Assembly (NCBI GenBank): GCA_965197585.1
Contig: OZ240215.1
Span: forward strand, 192,001-256,000
Direction: 5' to 3'
Source of the DNA: Dehalococcoidia bacterium
GTDB lineage: Bacteria; Chloroflexota; Dehalococcoidia; Plut-88900
Length of the DNA: 64,000 bases
Below are positions 55,555-64,000 of this stretch, one piece after another. Below the pieces are notes generated by a model. It made no database searches. It had not been told where the DNA came from and was given only the letters and a program-made list of their open reading frames with translations. The translations under genes were made by a program, and so were the position numbers. Positions within the stretch are counted from its first letter, which is position 1; every line of letters starts with the position of its first letter.

Positions 55555-56021
55555 CACGCACCCCCTTTCGCCAGGGGCCGGAGGCCCCGCAGGCTGCGCC
55601 CCGAGACGACCTTGCCGGGCCGCCAGCGCATCCCCAGCACGGCCACGACCTCCATGGAGCCGTCGACCCGCGGCGCCAGAGCCGCGGCCCTGCCCGTGTC
55701 CTGGCTGTAGACCGCCACGTCGCGGCCCCCGAACCTCCGCCTGACCATCTGCTTCCACTCGGCGAAGGCCCACCGGGCCTCCCAGGGCGCCGCCCTCGCC
55801 GCGTCCACCCCGCCGAGCACCGTCAGTGCGGCGTCCACGTCCCCCGCCTGCCTGAGCCGCCTCGCCTCGTGGATGGTCCGCGTCGCGCTGGGCGCCGCCT
55901 CCACAGTCTCCTCCCCGAACAGCGCCGCTATTAGCCGGTCCACCAGCTCTTCGAGGCTCCGCCGGGGCCGCACCGCCGTCTCCATCGTCCGATTGCCAGC
56001 TGCCAATGTTGCCGTCGTCAC
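55554..56021 (-). CDS. Hypothetical protein coupled to the primase
   Basis: GGAGG RBS, GTG start. Its stop overlaps the primase ATG. Confidence 0.65.
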   Translation of the reverse strand: MTTATLAAGNRTMETAVRPRRSLEELVDRLIAALFGEETVEAAPSATRTIHEARRLRQAGDVDAALTVLGGVDAARAAPWEARWAFAEWKQMVRRRFGGRDVAVYSQDTGRAAALAPRVDGSMEVVAVLGMRWRPGKVVSGRSLRGLRPLAKGGA

Positions 56022-56080
56022 GTTGCACCTCCTTAGTGCCTATGCCTTGTTTCCGTCGCCTCTAGCGCCCCCTTGGGGGC

Positions 56081-56117
56081 AAAGAAGAAGGGCCGCCTCC
56101 GGTGGGAGGCGACCCTT
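56081..56117 (-). terminator. Probable intrinsic terminator
   Basis: Minus strand AAGGGTCGCCTCC-CACC-GGAGGCGGCCCTT followed by CTTCTTT. Confidence 0.5.
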
Positions 56118-56146
56118 GCGTTGCATATGTTTCGGGACCCGAACCG

Positions 56147-56641
56147 TCAGCGCCTGGACCGCCGCACAGTGCGCCTAATGAGGAGCCGCCTGAGCAGCAG
56201 CGCGCCGATGCCCAGCCCGAGCAGATTGAGCGCCGCCTCCTCAAGTCCCAGGCCCAGCAGCAGCGGCGCCGCAATGACCAGCGCCGCAACCCCTGCCAGT
56301 GCGATCCGCCTCCTCGTCCACCGCTTCTTCCTGGGGGCGTTTGCCGCGGCGCCGCTCCCCGGTTCCCAGGCCGTTCGGATGGGCAGCCCGATGAGGGCCT
56401 CCAGCCGGGCGAGGATCACGCCGGGTATGCATCCCCCGGAGTGGCACCGTACGTCGATGCCGCCCCCGTCCGGCCTCTGCCTGAACGCCAGCCCGTCGGA
56501 GCGGCCGCCATGGCAGATGGCCGTGGTGGTCCGGAACCAGCCCCGCTCGATGCTTACCCGGTGGGGCACCAGCTCCGCTATCCGCGACGCGCTGGGTCCA
56601 ACGTACCGCCCCGTCCCGTCTACTGTCCGTGAATTGTTCAT
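56147..56641 (-). CDS. Cys/His zinc-binding-like domain with C-terminal TM hairpin
   Basis: AICHGG...LAF...VRCHSGGC resembles primase-type Zn ribbons, followed by a basic patch and two hydrophobic helices. RBS before ATG 56641. Confidence 0.65.
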   Translation of the reverse strand: MNNSRTVDGTGRYVGPSASRIAELVPHRVSIERGWFRTTTAICHGGRSDGLAFRQRPDGGGIDVRCHSGGCIPGVILARLEALIGLPIRTAWEPGSGAAANAPRKKRWTRRRIALAGVAALVIAAPLLLGLGLEEAALNLLGLGIGALLLRRLLIRRTVRRSRR

Positions 56642-56689
56642 CCTTTCGCTACCTCCTTCGCTATGTGTCCTATTTCCATGTCCGATTGC

Positions 56690-57180
56690 CGAAGACGCAG
56701 CTCGACCCGGTGCGGATTCAGTCCATCGGGGTGGCTGCAAGACGTGAAGCGGCCAGCCTGGCTCGCGGTGGCAGACCGGCGCGTGCAAGAGTTGCGGCCC
56801 GGCGGGGTTGCCGTCACGCCGCAGACGTGAGGATCCGGCCGGAGCGGCGTATGCACTTCGGCCTAGGGGTCGAGGACGAGGCGCCGGATGCGCTGCGTCC
56901 CTTGCGTCCAACGGCGTGAGCGAGTGAGCCCAACCGCAAGAGCGTGCCCGGCGAAAGAAACGACCAACTGCGAACGCCGGACTGGACCGAGGACGAAGGG
57001 ATTCATCGACTCCGTCGTTACGGCCCGCGCTGCTTGCGGAGAACCAGGTCGAATCCGCAGCGGCAGCATTCCCTCGTGGGCTACCAGTCAGGAGAGCGAA
57101 TCATCCTCTGGTCGGACCCGGGCAACAGGGATCGCGCCCCCAGGTTTCTGTGGCGGGAAACCTTGGTTGAAAGCCAAACA
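56690..57180 (+). other. Highly structured non-coding region (candidate ncRNA or ssDNA element)
   Basis: Series of hairpins with G-T pairs that close only on the plus strand. No credible ORF over most of it. Confidence 0.5.
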
Positions 57181-58136
57181 TCGAGAATATGATCGCTGAG
57201 CGTGGTCACGCGGGTAAGGGCCTGCAGGACCCCCCTCGAAAAGTGTTCACAAAAGTTCACAGCGAATGGCGGGCGCCCCGGGTACCGCCACCACAGTCCG
57301 AAGGTGCAGACCCGCCTGACCCGCCGGAGGAGCTCGCGTCTGGCCCTCGCTCTCCGCGTGTCCGACAGCGCGGTCCTCCGCCAGTTGACCTGGCCGTTGC
57401 GGTCGAAGCCCCGCAGAGGAAACTTCGCCGGGGGAAGCGTCAGGCCGTGCTCCTCCAACAGGGTCAGCTCTGCCGTCAGGAACCGCTCCTCGGCCAGCAG
57501 CCACTGAAGGCCCCTGCCACTGTTGGGATGGGTCGCCTTCAGCTCCCGCCACTCGACGATCAGCGGCCATGCGTCGCCGAAGGCCTCCTCGTCGCCCGGG
57601 GCCGGCTCAAGGGTCACCAGATCGGGGTACTCACGCCGCAGGGGAGCCTTCCCCTCAGGCTGCACCCCGCCGTCCCTCCCGCTCGTGTCGTTCGGCCCGC
57701 CATCGGCGGCGCCCTGCGCCTTCAGGCCGGCCATCGCCCGCTCCATCACCCGGTGCGCCTGGGAATGCTCCTCCCGGACGGCACTCGTCGCCTCCTCGCA
57801 GGCCCTGCGTCCGGCGCTCGTCTCATTGGCGACCATCTCGATGCGGCTCTCCAGGTCGTCCAGCCGGTCTGACAGCTTGTCGTTGCGGTCCCGTTGCTCT
57901 GCGGCTGCCGAGCCCAGCCCGTACTGAAGGGCCTTGTCCAACGCACCCCGGATGCGCCTCGACAGCACGCCCTCGTCCAGGCTGGCGTCCAGCGTCCGGC
58001 GGTCGACGCCCAGGAGTGCAGCCGCTTTCTTGCGCCCGTGGTCGCGCTCAAGCTCCTGCAGCAGCGCCATGAACCGCAGGTGTTGCATGTCCCTTACGCT
58101 CCTGCTCTTCTCGAACACGTCGTTCTTCGTATCCAT
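57081..58136 (-). CDS. Hypothetical protein with N-terminal HTH-like motif and coiled coil
   Basis: GGAGG RBS; GRKKAAALLGVDRRTL HTH-like motif. The ~65 aa after GLWWR look like run-on into non-coding DNA. Confidence 0.7.
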   Translation of the reverse strand: MDTKNDVFEKSRSVRDMQHLRFMALLQELERDHGRKKAAALLGVDRRTLDASLDEGVLSRRIRGALDKALQYGLGSAAAEQRDRNDKLSDRLDDLESRIEMVANETSAGRRACEEATSAVREEHSQAHRVMERAMAGLKAQGAADGGPNDTSGRDGGVQPEGKAPLRREYPDLVTLEPAPGDEEAFGDAWPLIVEWRELKATHPNSGRGLQWLLAEERFLTAELTLLEEHGLTLPPAKFPLRGFDRNGQVNWRRTALSDTRRARARRELLRRVRRVCTFGLWWRYPGRPPFAVNFCEHFSRGVLQALTRVTTLSDHILDVWLSTKVSRHRNLGARSLLPGSDQRMIRSPDW

Positions 58137-58589
58137 CAGCCCTCCTGCTCCTCACCGGCCACAGTCCAGTGCCCCGCCCACTCCGCCGGACCGCATTGCC
58201 ACCGGCTGCCTCATGTGGACCACCTGTAGGGGGTCTTGCACGATTTAGGCCCGCTGGGCGGTTTCGCCATGTGGCCCACCAGGGCCTGCGATGTATCGCC
58301 GGGCCGGAATGGGGACTTGCGCCAAAGTGTTCACAACTTTTGTTCCTTTTCGCCGTCATTTGTTCCTCTTTCAGCTTGTCCACGACAGGACCTAAAACTG
58401 TGCAACTAAAGTCGAATTCCAGTACACCCCCATTACTTCATAAGAGGCGCCGTCTGAACAGGTGGCAAATGGGGGAACGCAAATGTAGGAGCCGCCATAG
58501 GAGGTTATTTAGAACTTTTCGCTTGTTCACACTCTTTTGCAGACGCTGCGATTCCATGAATCGTACAAAACCGCAGGGAGGTGAATGCG

Positions 58590-59183
58590 TTGGCGCTGAA
58601 ATCGAGATATCGGTCGGTCAGGCAACTTTTGCCGCTGGTAAGCACCCTGCTTTTGGCGGCGCTTCTGGCAATTGCATCAAGTGGCATCGTTCTGGCCCAG
58701 GCCCCCGGCCTCACCTTCGTCAACGAGGACCGTGAGGTTGTGGAACGAAAGAAGGACGGCAGGTTCATTGCCCGTCCCGTCTTCAGCCGGGAGCTGGACG
58801 TCCTCTACTACGCCGTCCGCGATGCGGACAACGGCGACTGGTTGACCCTGATGTATCGGGTGCAGGGCGGCGAGAAGAAGCTGAAGGACGGCTGGGAGTA
58901 TTCCTGGGAGTACCCGGCCCTGTCCGAGCAGCCCGACCTGGACCCCGGGAAGGCCTACCTGCTGGTGATCGGCGTCCCCGCCGACGCCCAGGGCGGCCCC
59001 TACGTCTTCCACGCCCTTGTACCCGTGTACCAGCCCAGCGGGATTTTCGACCGGATCCTGGCGGCCCTCAACCCCGCCAGGTGGGCAAAGGCCTTCGCCC
59101 GCTGGGTGATAGAGGGCGTCCACGGCGGCCTGTGTGGGGTCGTTGAGCGGGCCACAAGGACCGAGATCGACAACTGCGGCTAA
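58590..59183 (+). CDS. Secreted hypothetical protein heading the conjugation operon
   Basis: GGAGG RBS then TTG. Signal peptide ending VLA-QAP. Confidence 0.7.
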   Translation: MALKSRYRSVRQLLPLVSTLLLAALLAIASSGIVLAQAPGLTFVNEDREVVERKKDGRFIARPVFSRELDVLYYAVRDADNGDWLTLMYRVQGGEKKLKDGWEYSWEYPALSEQPDLDPGKAYLLVIGVPADAQGGPYVFHALVPVYQPSGIFDRILAALNPARWAKAFARWVIEGVHGGLCGVVERATRTEIDNCG

Positions 59184-59197
59184 GGACTCTATATGCC

Positions 59198-60184
59198 ATG
59201 AACGACATCCTCACCGGAACTCCCCCCGAGCTGACCTACCTGCACCCCATGGTGCGGGAGGCCTGGATGGTGGTCTGGGGCATCACCTCCGGGGCCCTCA
59301 TCGTCATCCTGGGCTGGATGGGCCTGAGCCTCATCATGCAGAACCTCCTGGGCCATACCAGCACCGGATGGCGGGAGACGGTCCCCCGGCTGGTGCTGGG
59401 CCTTGTGGCCGCCGCCACCTCCTACTGGTGGTGCGCCCTGGTCATCGACGTGGCCCACGTCGTCTCCAAGTACATCGCCGCGGAACTGGACGTAACCCCC
59501 GGCGACCTGCTGAGAGCGCCCCTGGAGACGTTCCTCAGGACGGTGGAGGCGGGGAGCGTGGGCATGGCCCAGTTGGTGGCCCTGCTCTACGTGGTCTACG
59601 GGTTCTTCGTCCTCTACGTCCTGGTGCAGCTGGTCTTGAGGCTGGCCCTTATCGACATCCTGCTGGCCCTTGCGCCCATAGCGTTGGGCCTCTGGATACT
59701 GCCCCATACGGCGGGCTGGGGACGTCACTGGCTGAAGCTCTTCCTGACCACGGTGTTCCAGCAGTCGATCCAGCTGATAGCCCTGGCCCTGGGGTTTGGG
59801 TTCCTGAGGCAGTACGCCGCCATAGAGGCCTTCGAGCCGGCCCAGGACCTGGTGTGGAAGCTGCTGATGTCGGTGGCCTTCGTCTACATGGCGACGAGAG
59901 TGCCCTCGATCCTGGGCAACGCCGGTACCTTCGACTCCTGGGTGAGCACCCTCTACTTCGGCCTCAACCTGCCGGGGACCCTGATGCGCTCTGCCAAGAC
60001 GATTGGGCTGCTCTCCGGGGGAATGGGTGGGGGGCCTGCAGGAGCAGCAGTGGGGGCGGTGGCTGCCACGGCGGCGGGGACCGGCGCGGGTGCGGCCTCG
60101 GGCCTTCGCTCGGCTGCGGAAGGTGCAACCGCCGGTGGAGATGCGACCGGGGCCGGGCCTGCCCCGAGGAGCAGCGGCGAGTGA
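59198..60184 (+). CDS. VirB6/TrbL-like polytopic membrane protein
   Basis: Several TM helices, LRLALIDILLALAPIA...LPHTAGWGRHW motif, Gly/Ala-rich tail. Confidence 0.75.
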   Translation: MNDILTGTPPELTYLHPMVREAWMVVWGITSGALIVILGWMGLSLIMQNLLGHTSTGWRETVPRLVLGLVAAATSYWWCALVIDVAHVVSKYIAAELDVTPGDLLRAPLETFLRTVEAGSVGMAQLVALLYVVYGFFVLYVLVQLVLRLALIDILLALAPIALGLWILPHTAGWGRHWLKLFLTTVFQQSIQLIALALGFGFLRQYAAIEAFEPAQDLVWKLLMSVAFVYMATRVPSILGNAGTFDSWVSTLYFGLNLPGTLMRSAKTIGLLSGGMGGGPAGAAVGAVAATAAGTGAGAASGLRSAAEGATAGGDATGAGPAPRSSGE

Positions 60185-60349
60185 GCCCACTTATTTCGAT
60201 AGACGGGACTTCGACAGATACACGAAACGAACAGATAGACGAGAAGGCACGAGGAGGTCAAGAGATGTGCAGCTAGGCAAGCGAGAACGACGCGACCCCT
60301 GGACCAGGGATAAAGACTCCCAAACAGCAACGGAAACAGGAGAAAGCGA

Positions 60350-60643
60350 ATGGAACAGTTGACCCAGACCATATCGAACATCGTGGGGATCATGATGGGG
60401 GTGGTGGGTGCGGTGGGCGTGGCCTACTTCGTCTACGGGGCCTTCCTGTACATGACGGCAGGCGGCGGGCCGCAGCAGATGGACCGGGGGAAGAGCGCCA
60501 TGCTCACCTCCCTGGCGGGTGTCGTGCTGGCGCTGCTGGCCTACGTGGTCGTTGAGGTGGTGACCGGTGCAATCGTCGCCCCGGGCGTCGATGTGGATAT
60601 CCCCGAGCCCGGCACCCCCACGCCAACACCAGACGGGGGATAG
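60350..60643 (+). CDS. VirB2/TrbC-like pilin
   Basis: YGAFLYMTAGGGPQQMDRGKSAM...G between two hydrophobic helices. Confidence 0.78.
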   Translation: MEQLTQTISNIVGIMMGVVGAVGVAYFVYGAFLYMTAGGGPQQMDRGKSAMLTSLAGVVLALLAYVVVEVVTGAIVAPGVDVDIPEPGTPTPTPDGG

Positions 60644-60668
60644 GCAAAGCAGAAGTGGAGGAAGAGTC

Positions 60669-62344
60669 ATGAGAGAACACGAGGTGCCAACCCACCTGCA
60701 GGCCGAGGACCGGGTGCTGCTGTGGTTCACCTTCCAACAGCTGGTGGCCATCACCGCCGTGGCCGCCCTGTCCTACGGGGCGTACCGCTACGCACCCGTG
60801 GGCCCCTCCGAGGTGAGGATAGTGCTGGCCGTCCTCCTGGGGCTGGCGGGAATGACGATGATCGTGGGAAAGGTGGGAGGCCGGCGGCTGCCCCTGGTGG
60901 CCGCCGACCTCCTCCGGTTCCGGCTGGGTCCCCGGCGCTACGCCGGACCCCTGCCCAGCTGGTGCGCCCCGAAGCGCCGACGCCGGTCAGGACTGCGCCG
61001 AGCCCTCTAACCCTATTGGTCAGGAAGGCCAGACGGATCATCATGCGCCGCCGCAACGGTAGGATGCCCCTCCGTCCCCGCGGCCGTTCCGGCAAGGACC
61101 GCCGCAGGCGCCGGGGGAAGCGCAAGTACCCAAAGCAGGACAGGAAGAAGACCGGGAGAAGCAGGGGCCGGAGGAACCTGCTGGCCGTCCTGGCCGTCGC
61201 CCTTACGGCGGCGGCCGGGGCGGTGTCCCCCGTTGCCCTGGCTGACGACCATCATCCCGAGGGGATCGGCTTCGAGCTGAGGGAGCCCGTCCCCGGAAGA
61301 AGGATATACGTCGAGAGATTGCATGTGTCGGGCGACTCCGCCGGGGTAACCGTCAGGGCCGCCGCTGACATCGACCTGCAGGTGAGAGGCTACGGCGGAC
61401 CCGAGGGCCGGATATCCGTGTTCCGGGCGACGGCCAGGCTGCAGGGGGGAGAGACCAGGAGCTACACATTCCCACTCTCCGGTGACTCGCCTTCCCTCAC
61501 CCTCTCCTGGCGGGACGGGCTGGGGCAGGCGGGCGCTCTCAGCCTGAAGGGAGACCAGATCCCGCACCCCCTGCCCTTTGTTGAGGGAGAGCTTTGCGAC
61601 CTGGAGCTCGATTACCTGCTTTGGACGCCCGGACGGGTGGATGGAGCCATAGATTCCAGCTGCGAGGACTCCGTCGAAGAACCGGTGGCCCTTACGACGG
61701 TGTCCGGGCACGAGAGCGTGACGGTGACGGCGCTGATGGATGCGGATGTCACTGCAGTTGCCGGGACCGTAATAGTCACCGTCGGCGGGGCCCAGGGACC
61801 AGTCCCCTTCGTTCCGAACGGGTTCACTGACTTCCGGGTCAATGTGCCCGCTGGCGAGGCGGTCCACAAGGTCACCTTGCAAGCCGCCCTGGAAGGGGCC
61901 CTGCGGATCGATCTCCCTCCCCTGGTTGCCCTGACCCACCACCCCAAGAGGGACGAGGAGATAACCACGAGAGTCAAGCTGTACCGTCCCGGAACTAGCA
62001 GGACGGTCTCCGAGACGGTGACTGTCTCCCACCCCGACGGGACAACCACCCAGCACGTCATCTCGGCCACCCTGTCCGTACGCGGCACAACGGTGGCCAG
62101 GGACGTGACCGTCACCGTGGAACATGAGGAGCACGTGAGGGCTGAGGTCATGGAACGGGCGCCCCTGGCCCGAACGAGGATAGAGGCCCTGGACATGGCG
62201 TCGACCATCGGCGCCGACGACAGCTTCGAGCTCCTCACCCTGCCCGAGCCGGAGCCCACCCCCGAGCCCGCCGAGCAGACCCCGGCGGACACCGAAGAGC
62301 TGAGGCGCCTGTTCGAGCTGCTGGGCTGGAGGTGGCCGTGGTGA
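60669..62344 (+). CDS. PrgI-like domain joined by a 1-nt frameshift (~60950) to a large beta-rich exported domain
   Basis: MREHEVPTHLQAEDRVLLWFTFQQL is a PrgI-like start. One more C in GGACCCCT gives ...YAGPPAQLVRPE... continuing to 62344. Confidence 0.7.
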
Positions 62345-62655
62345 TACGCGTTCTGTGGGTAGTCTTAATGGTGGGTGCGGCGTTTGCCTCCTTGGGCGCG
62401 GGGACAGACATCGAGAAGGGGAACATGCTGCTCAAGTTCGTCGAGGTGGTGGACGCGATGGCCTATGCCGCGGTGGAACTCTGCCTATTTGCCGTCGTCT
62501 GGGCCGGGTTCCTTCTCATGGCCGAGGGAGCCGAAGAGCGGAGCTCGGGCAGGGCCAGGAGCGCAGTGGCCCTGGCTATCACGGGCCTAGTCCTCACGCT
62601 CTCGGCCAAAGGGATAGCCCTGGCCTTGCTGAAGGTCACCCCAACGCTCCCATAG
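62332..62655 (+). CDS. Second pilin-like membrane protein
   Basis: WAGFLLMAEGAEERSSGRARSAV...G pattern parallels the first pilin. Confidence 0.6.
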   Translation: MAVVIRVLWVVLMVGAAFASLGAGTDIEKGNMLLKFVEVVDAMAYAAVELCLFAVVWAGFLLMAEGAEERSSGRARSAVALAITGLVLTLSAKGIALALLKVTPTLP

Positions 62656-62676
62656 CGGCAAGAAAAGGACAACGAT

Positions 62677-64000
62677 TTGAAATCTATATTTAAGAGATTC
62701 AACAGGACGATTCCCATGCACGGGAGAACGGGGGCCACTGCGGCCCCGAAGAAGAATGCCGCCCCGGCCAAACCGCCCGTCCCCTTGCCATCGTTCTACA
62801 TGCTGTCCCACCTGGAGGAGGAAGGTCCCGTGAGGCTGGACGGGGTCAAGCTGGGCGTCTGCGAGGTGATGGGCCTGGAGCTGGACGAGCCGAGGCTCGG
62901 CTCCTTCGCCGGGGCCCTGAACGCTCTGGACTTCCCCGTCCAGCTTCTTGTCAGGCAGCACCCGCCGGTGCTGGACAGCTTGAGGGAGACCCTCAGGGAG
63001 GCCCAGCCGGAGGACCTGCCGCCGAAGACCGAAGAAGCCGCAAATTCCCTCAGGGGCCTGCTCAGGGACCTCGAGACCCGGGAGGGGGTGCTGGACCGGC
63101 GGTTCTACGTAGTCTGCAAACACGACCGGGCCGACGACGTGGCGTCTCTCCTCTCGCGAGTCGGCCTCTTCGTCCAGCCCCTCAGTGGCCGGACCCTCAG
63201 GATGTTCATCCTCGCATGCGCACTTGGCGGCTCTCCCAGGGACATGGACGAGGACAAGCCGGTGGAGGTGGAGATCAACCGTCGGGAACTGCGCATCGGC
63301 GACAGGCTCACCCGCTCCCTCCACCTGGGCCGCTGGCCCCGCACCCTTGTTCCCGGGTTCCTGCAGGCCCTCATGAACTCGGGCATCCCCATGGACATAT
63401 CCGTCCACCTCGCTCCCATCACGGCTGACCAGGCGGCCCGCACACTGGAGTGGCAGAAGGTGCGCTTCGAATCGGCCCGCTCCATGTCCTTCCGCAAGGG
63501 CCGCAGCCTCTCCCCGGAGGCGGAGATAGCCCTGGAGGACGTCACCCGCCTCAGAGACGACGTTCAGCGGGGCAGGGAGCGTCTCTTCCACTCCTCCCTT
63601 TCCCTGACCCTTCATGCAGACGATCAGAAGAGCTTGAAGGAGATGACCCAGAGGACCAGGGCCCACTTCGCCGCCACCCTGGGCAAGCTGGACACCCTCC
63701 CCTTCCGCCAGAGGGAGGGGCTCCTCTCAACGCTGCCCATCAACCTCAACGCCGTGGCAATGTGGAGGAACCTGGACACCTCCTCCCTGGCCCGGCTGTT
63801 CCCCTTCTCTCCCCCCGACATGGACACCCGCAGCGGCACTCTCTACGGCCTGGACCTGAGGGCCCGGGCGCCCATCGTCTACGACCCGTGGGACGGCACC
63901 CATCTGAACGCCAACACCGCCGTCCTGGCCCGCTCGGGCAGCGGAAAATCCTTCGCCACCAAGCTGGGAGTATTGCGGGGTATATGCCGGGGCATCACCG
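62677..64000 (+). CDS. virB4: VirB4-like conjugative ATPase (partial, runs off the window)
   Basis: AAGGA RBS then TTG; frame open to the window end. DRRFYVV, LFPF, LYGLD and NANTAVLARSGSGKS Walker A near 63928-63951. Absent from the ORF track. Confidence 0.85.
   Translation, partial: MKSIFKRFNRTIPMHGRTGATAAPKKNAAPAKPPVPLPSFYMLSHLEEEGPVRLDGVKLGVCEVMGLELDEPRLGSFAGALNALDFPVQLLVRQHPPVLDSLRETLREAQPEDLPPKTEEAANSLRGLLRDLETREGVLDRRFYVVCKHDRADDVASLLSRVGLFVQPLSGRTLRMFILACALGGSPRDMDEDKPVEVEINRRELRIGDRLTRSLHLGRWPRTLVPGFLQALMNSGIPMDISVHLAPITADQAARTLEWQKVRFESARSMSFRKGRSLSPEAEIALEDVTRLRDDVQRGRERLFHSSLSLTLHADDQKSLKEMTQRTRAHFAATLGKLDTLPFRQREGLLSTLPINLNAVAMWRNLDTSSLARLFPFSPPDMDTRSGTLYGLDLRARAPIVYDPWDGTHLNANTAVLARSGSGKSFATKLGVLRGICRGIT

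Larger units (their letters stand above)
54078..64000. mobile_element. Integrative/conjugative element, left-truncated, continues beyond the window
   Basis: Primase and recombination-type genes on minus, divergent VirB6/pilin/PrgI/VirB4 cluster on plus, visibly higher GC. No integrase, relaxase or att site in the window. Confidence 0.75.

Noticed and set aside
57130-57165. RNase P-like GCCACAGAAA on the minus strand
   Set aside because: The GAGGAAAGUCC and 3' P4 consensus elements are missing.
62587-63666. 359-aa minus-strand ORF
   Set aside because: Antisense to the VirB4-like frame, which has a clear Walker A.

Overview
GC-rich bacterial window. Gene content (several Amidohydro_2 paralogues, a bat/moxR operon, ankyrin/LRR/NHL-like/Fn3/CARDB surface proteins) suggests a Chloroflexota (Dehalococcoidia/SAR202-like), possibly host-associated, genome; this is inference only. 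Layout: (1) 0.4-2.3 kb cupin and amidohydrolase. (2) 2.8-16.2 kb NarL-type two-component system, a 3022-aa lipoprotein subtilase with 16 CARDB-like repeats, and three ankyrin proteins. (3) 16.4-24.3 kb moxR-DUF58-orf-batABCDE operon on the minus strand. (4) 25-34 kb small hydrolases, rhodanese, an HExxH lipoprotein and several pseudogenes, plus an unannotated 47-codon CxxC gene with an in-frame TGA at a Cys position. (5) 34.2-51.6 kb a paralogous two-component system divergent from a 4706-aa secreted protein. That protein carries NHL-like and LRR repeats, a PQQ sugar dehydrogenase and a glucan-water-dikinase-like His-swivel plus ATP-grasp module, and is flanked by two copies of a ~455-bp structured leader. 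(6) 53.6-64 kb a broken RHH-PIN toxin-antitoxin pair fused to the left end of a conjugative element (Rad52-like fragment, primase, ~500-nt structured non-coding region, VirB6/pilins/PrgI/VirB4) that runs off the window. Top candidates for novelty: the exported dikinase module, the duplicated structured leader, and the strand-biased structured region in the conjugative element. All family calls come from motif recognition by eye; no database searches were run.
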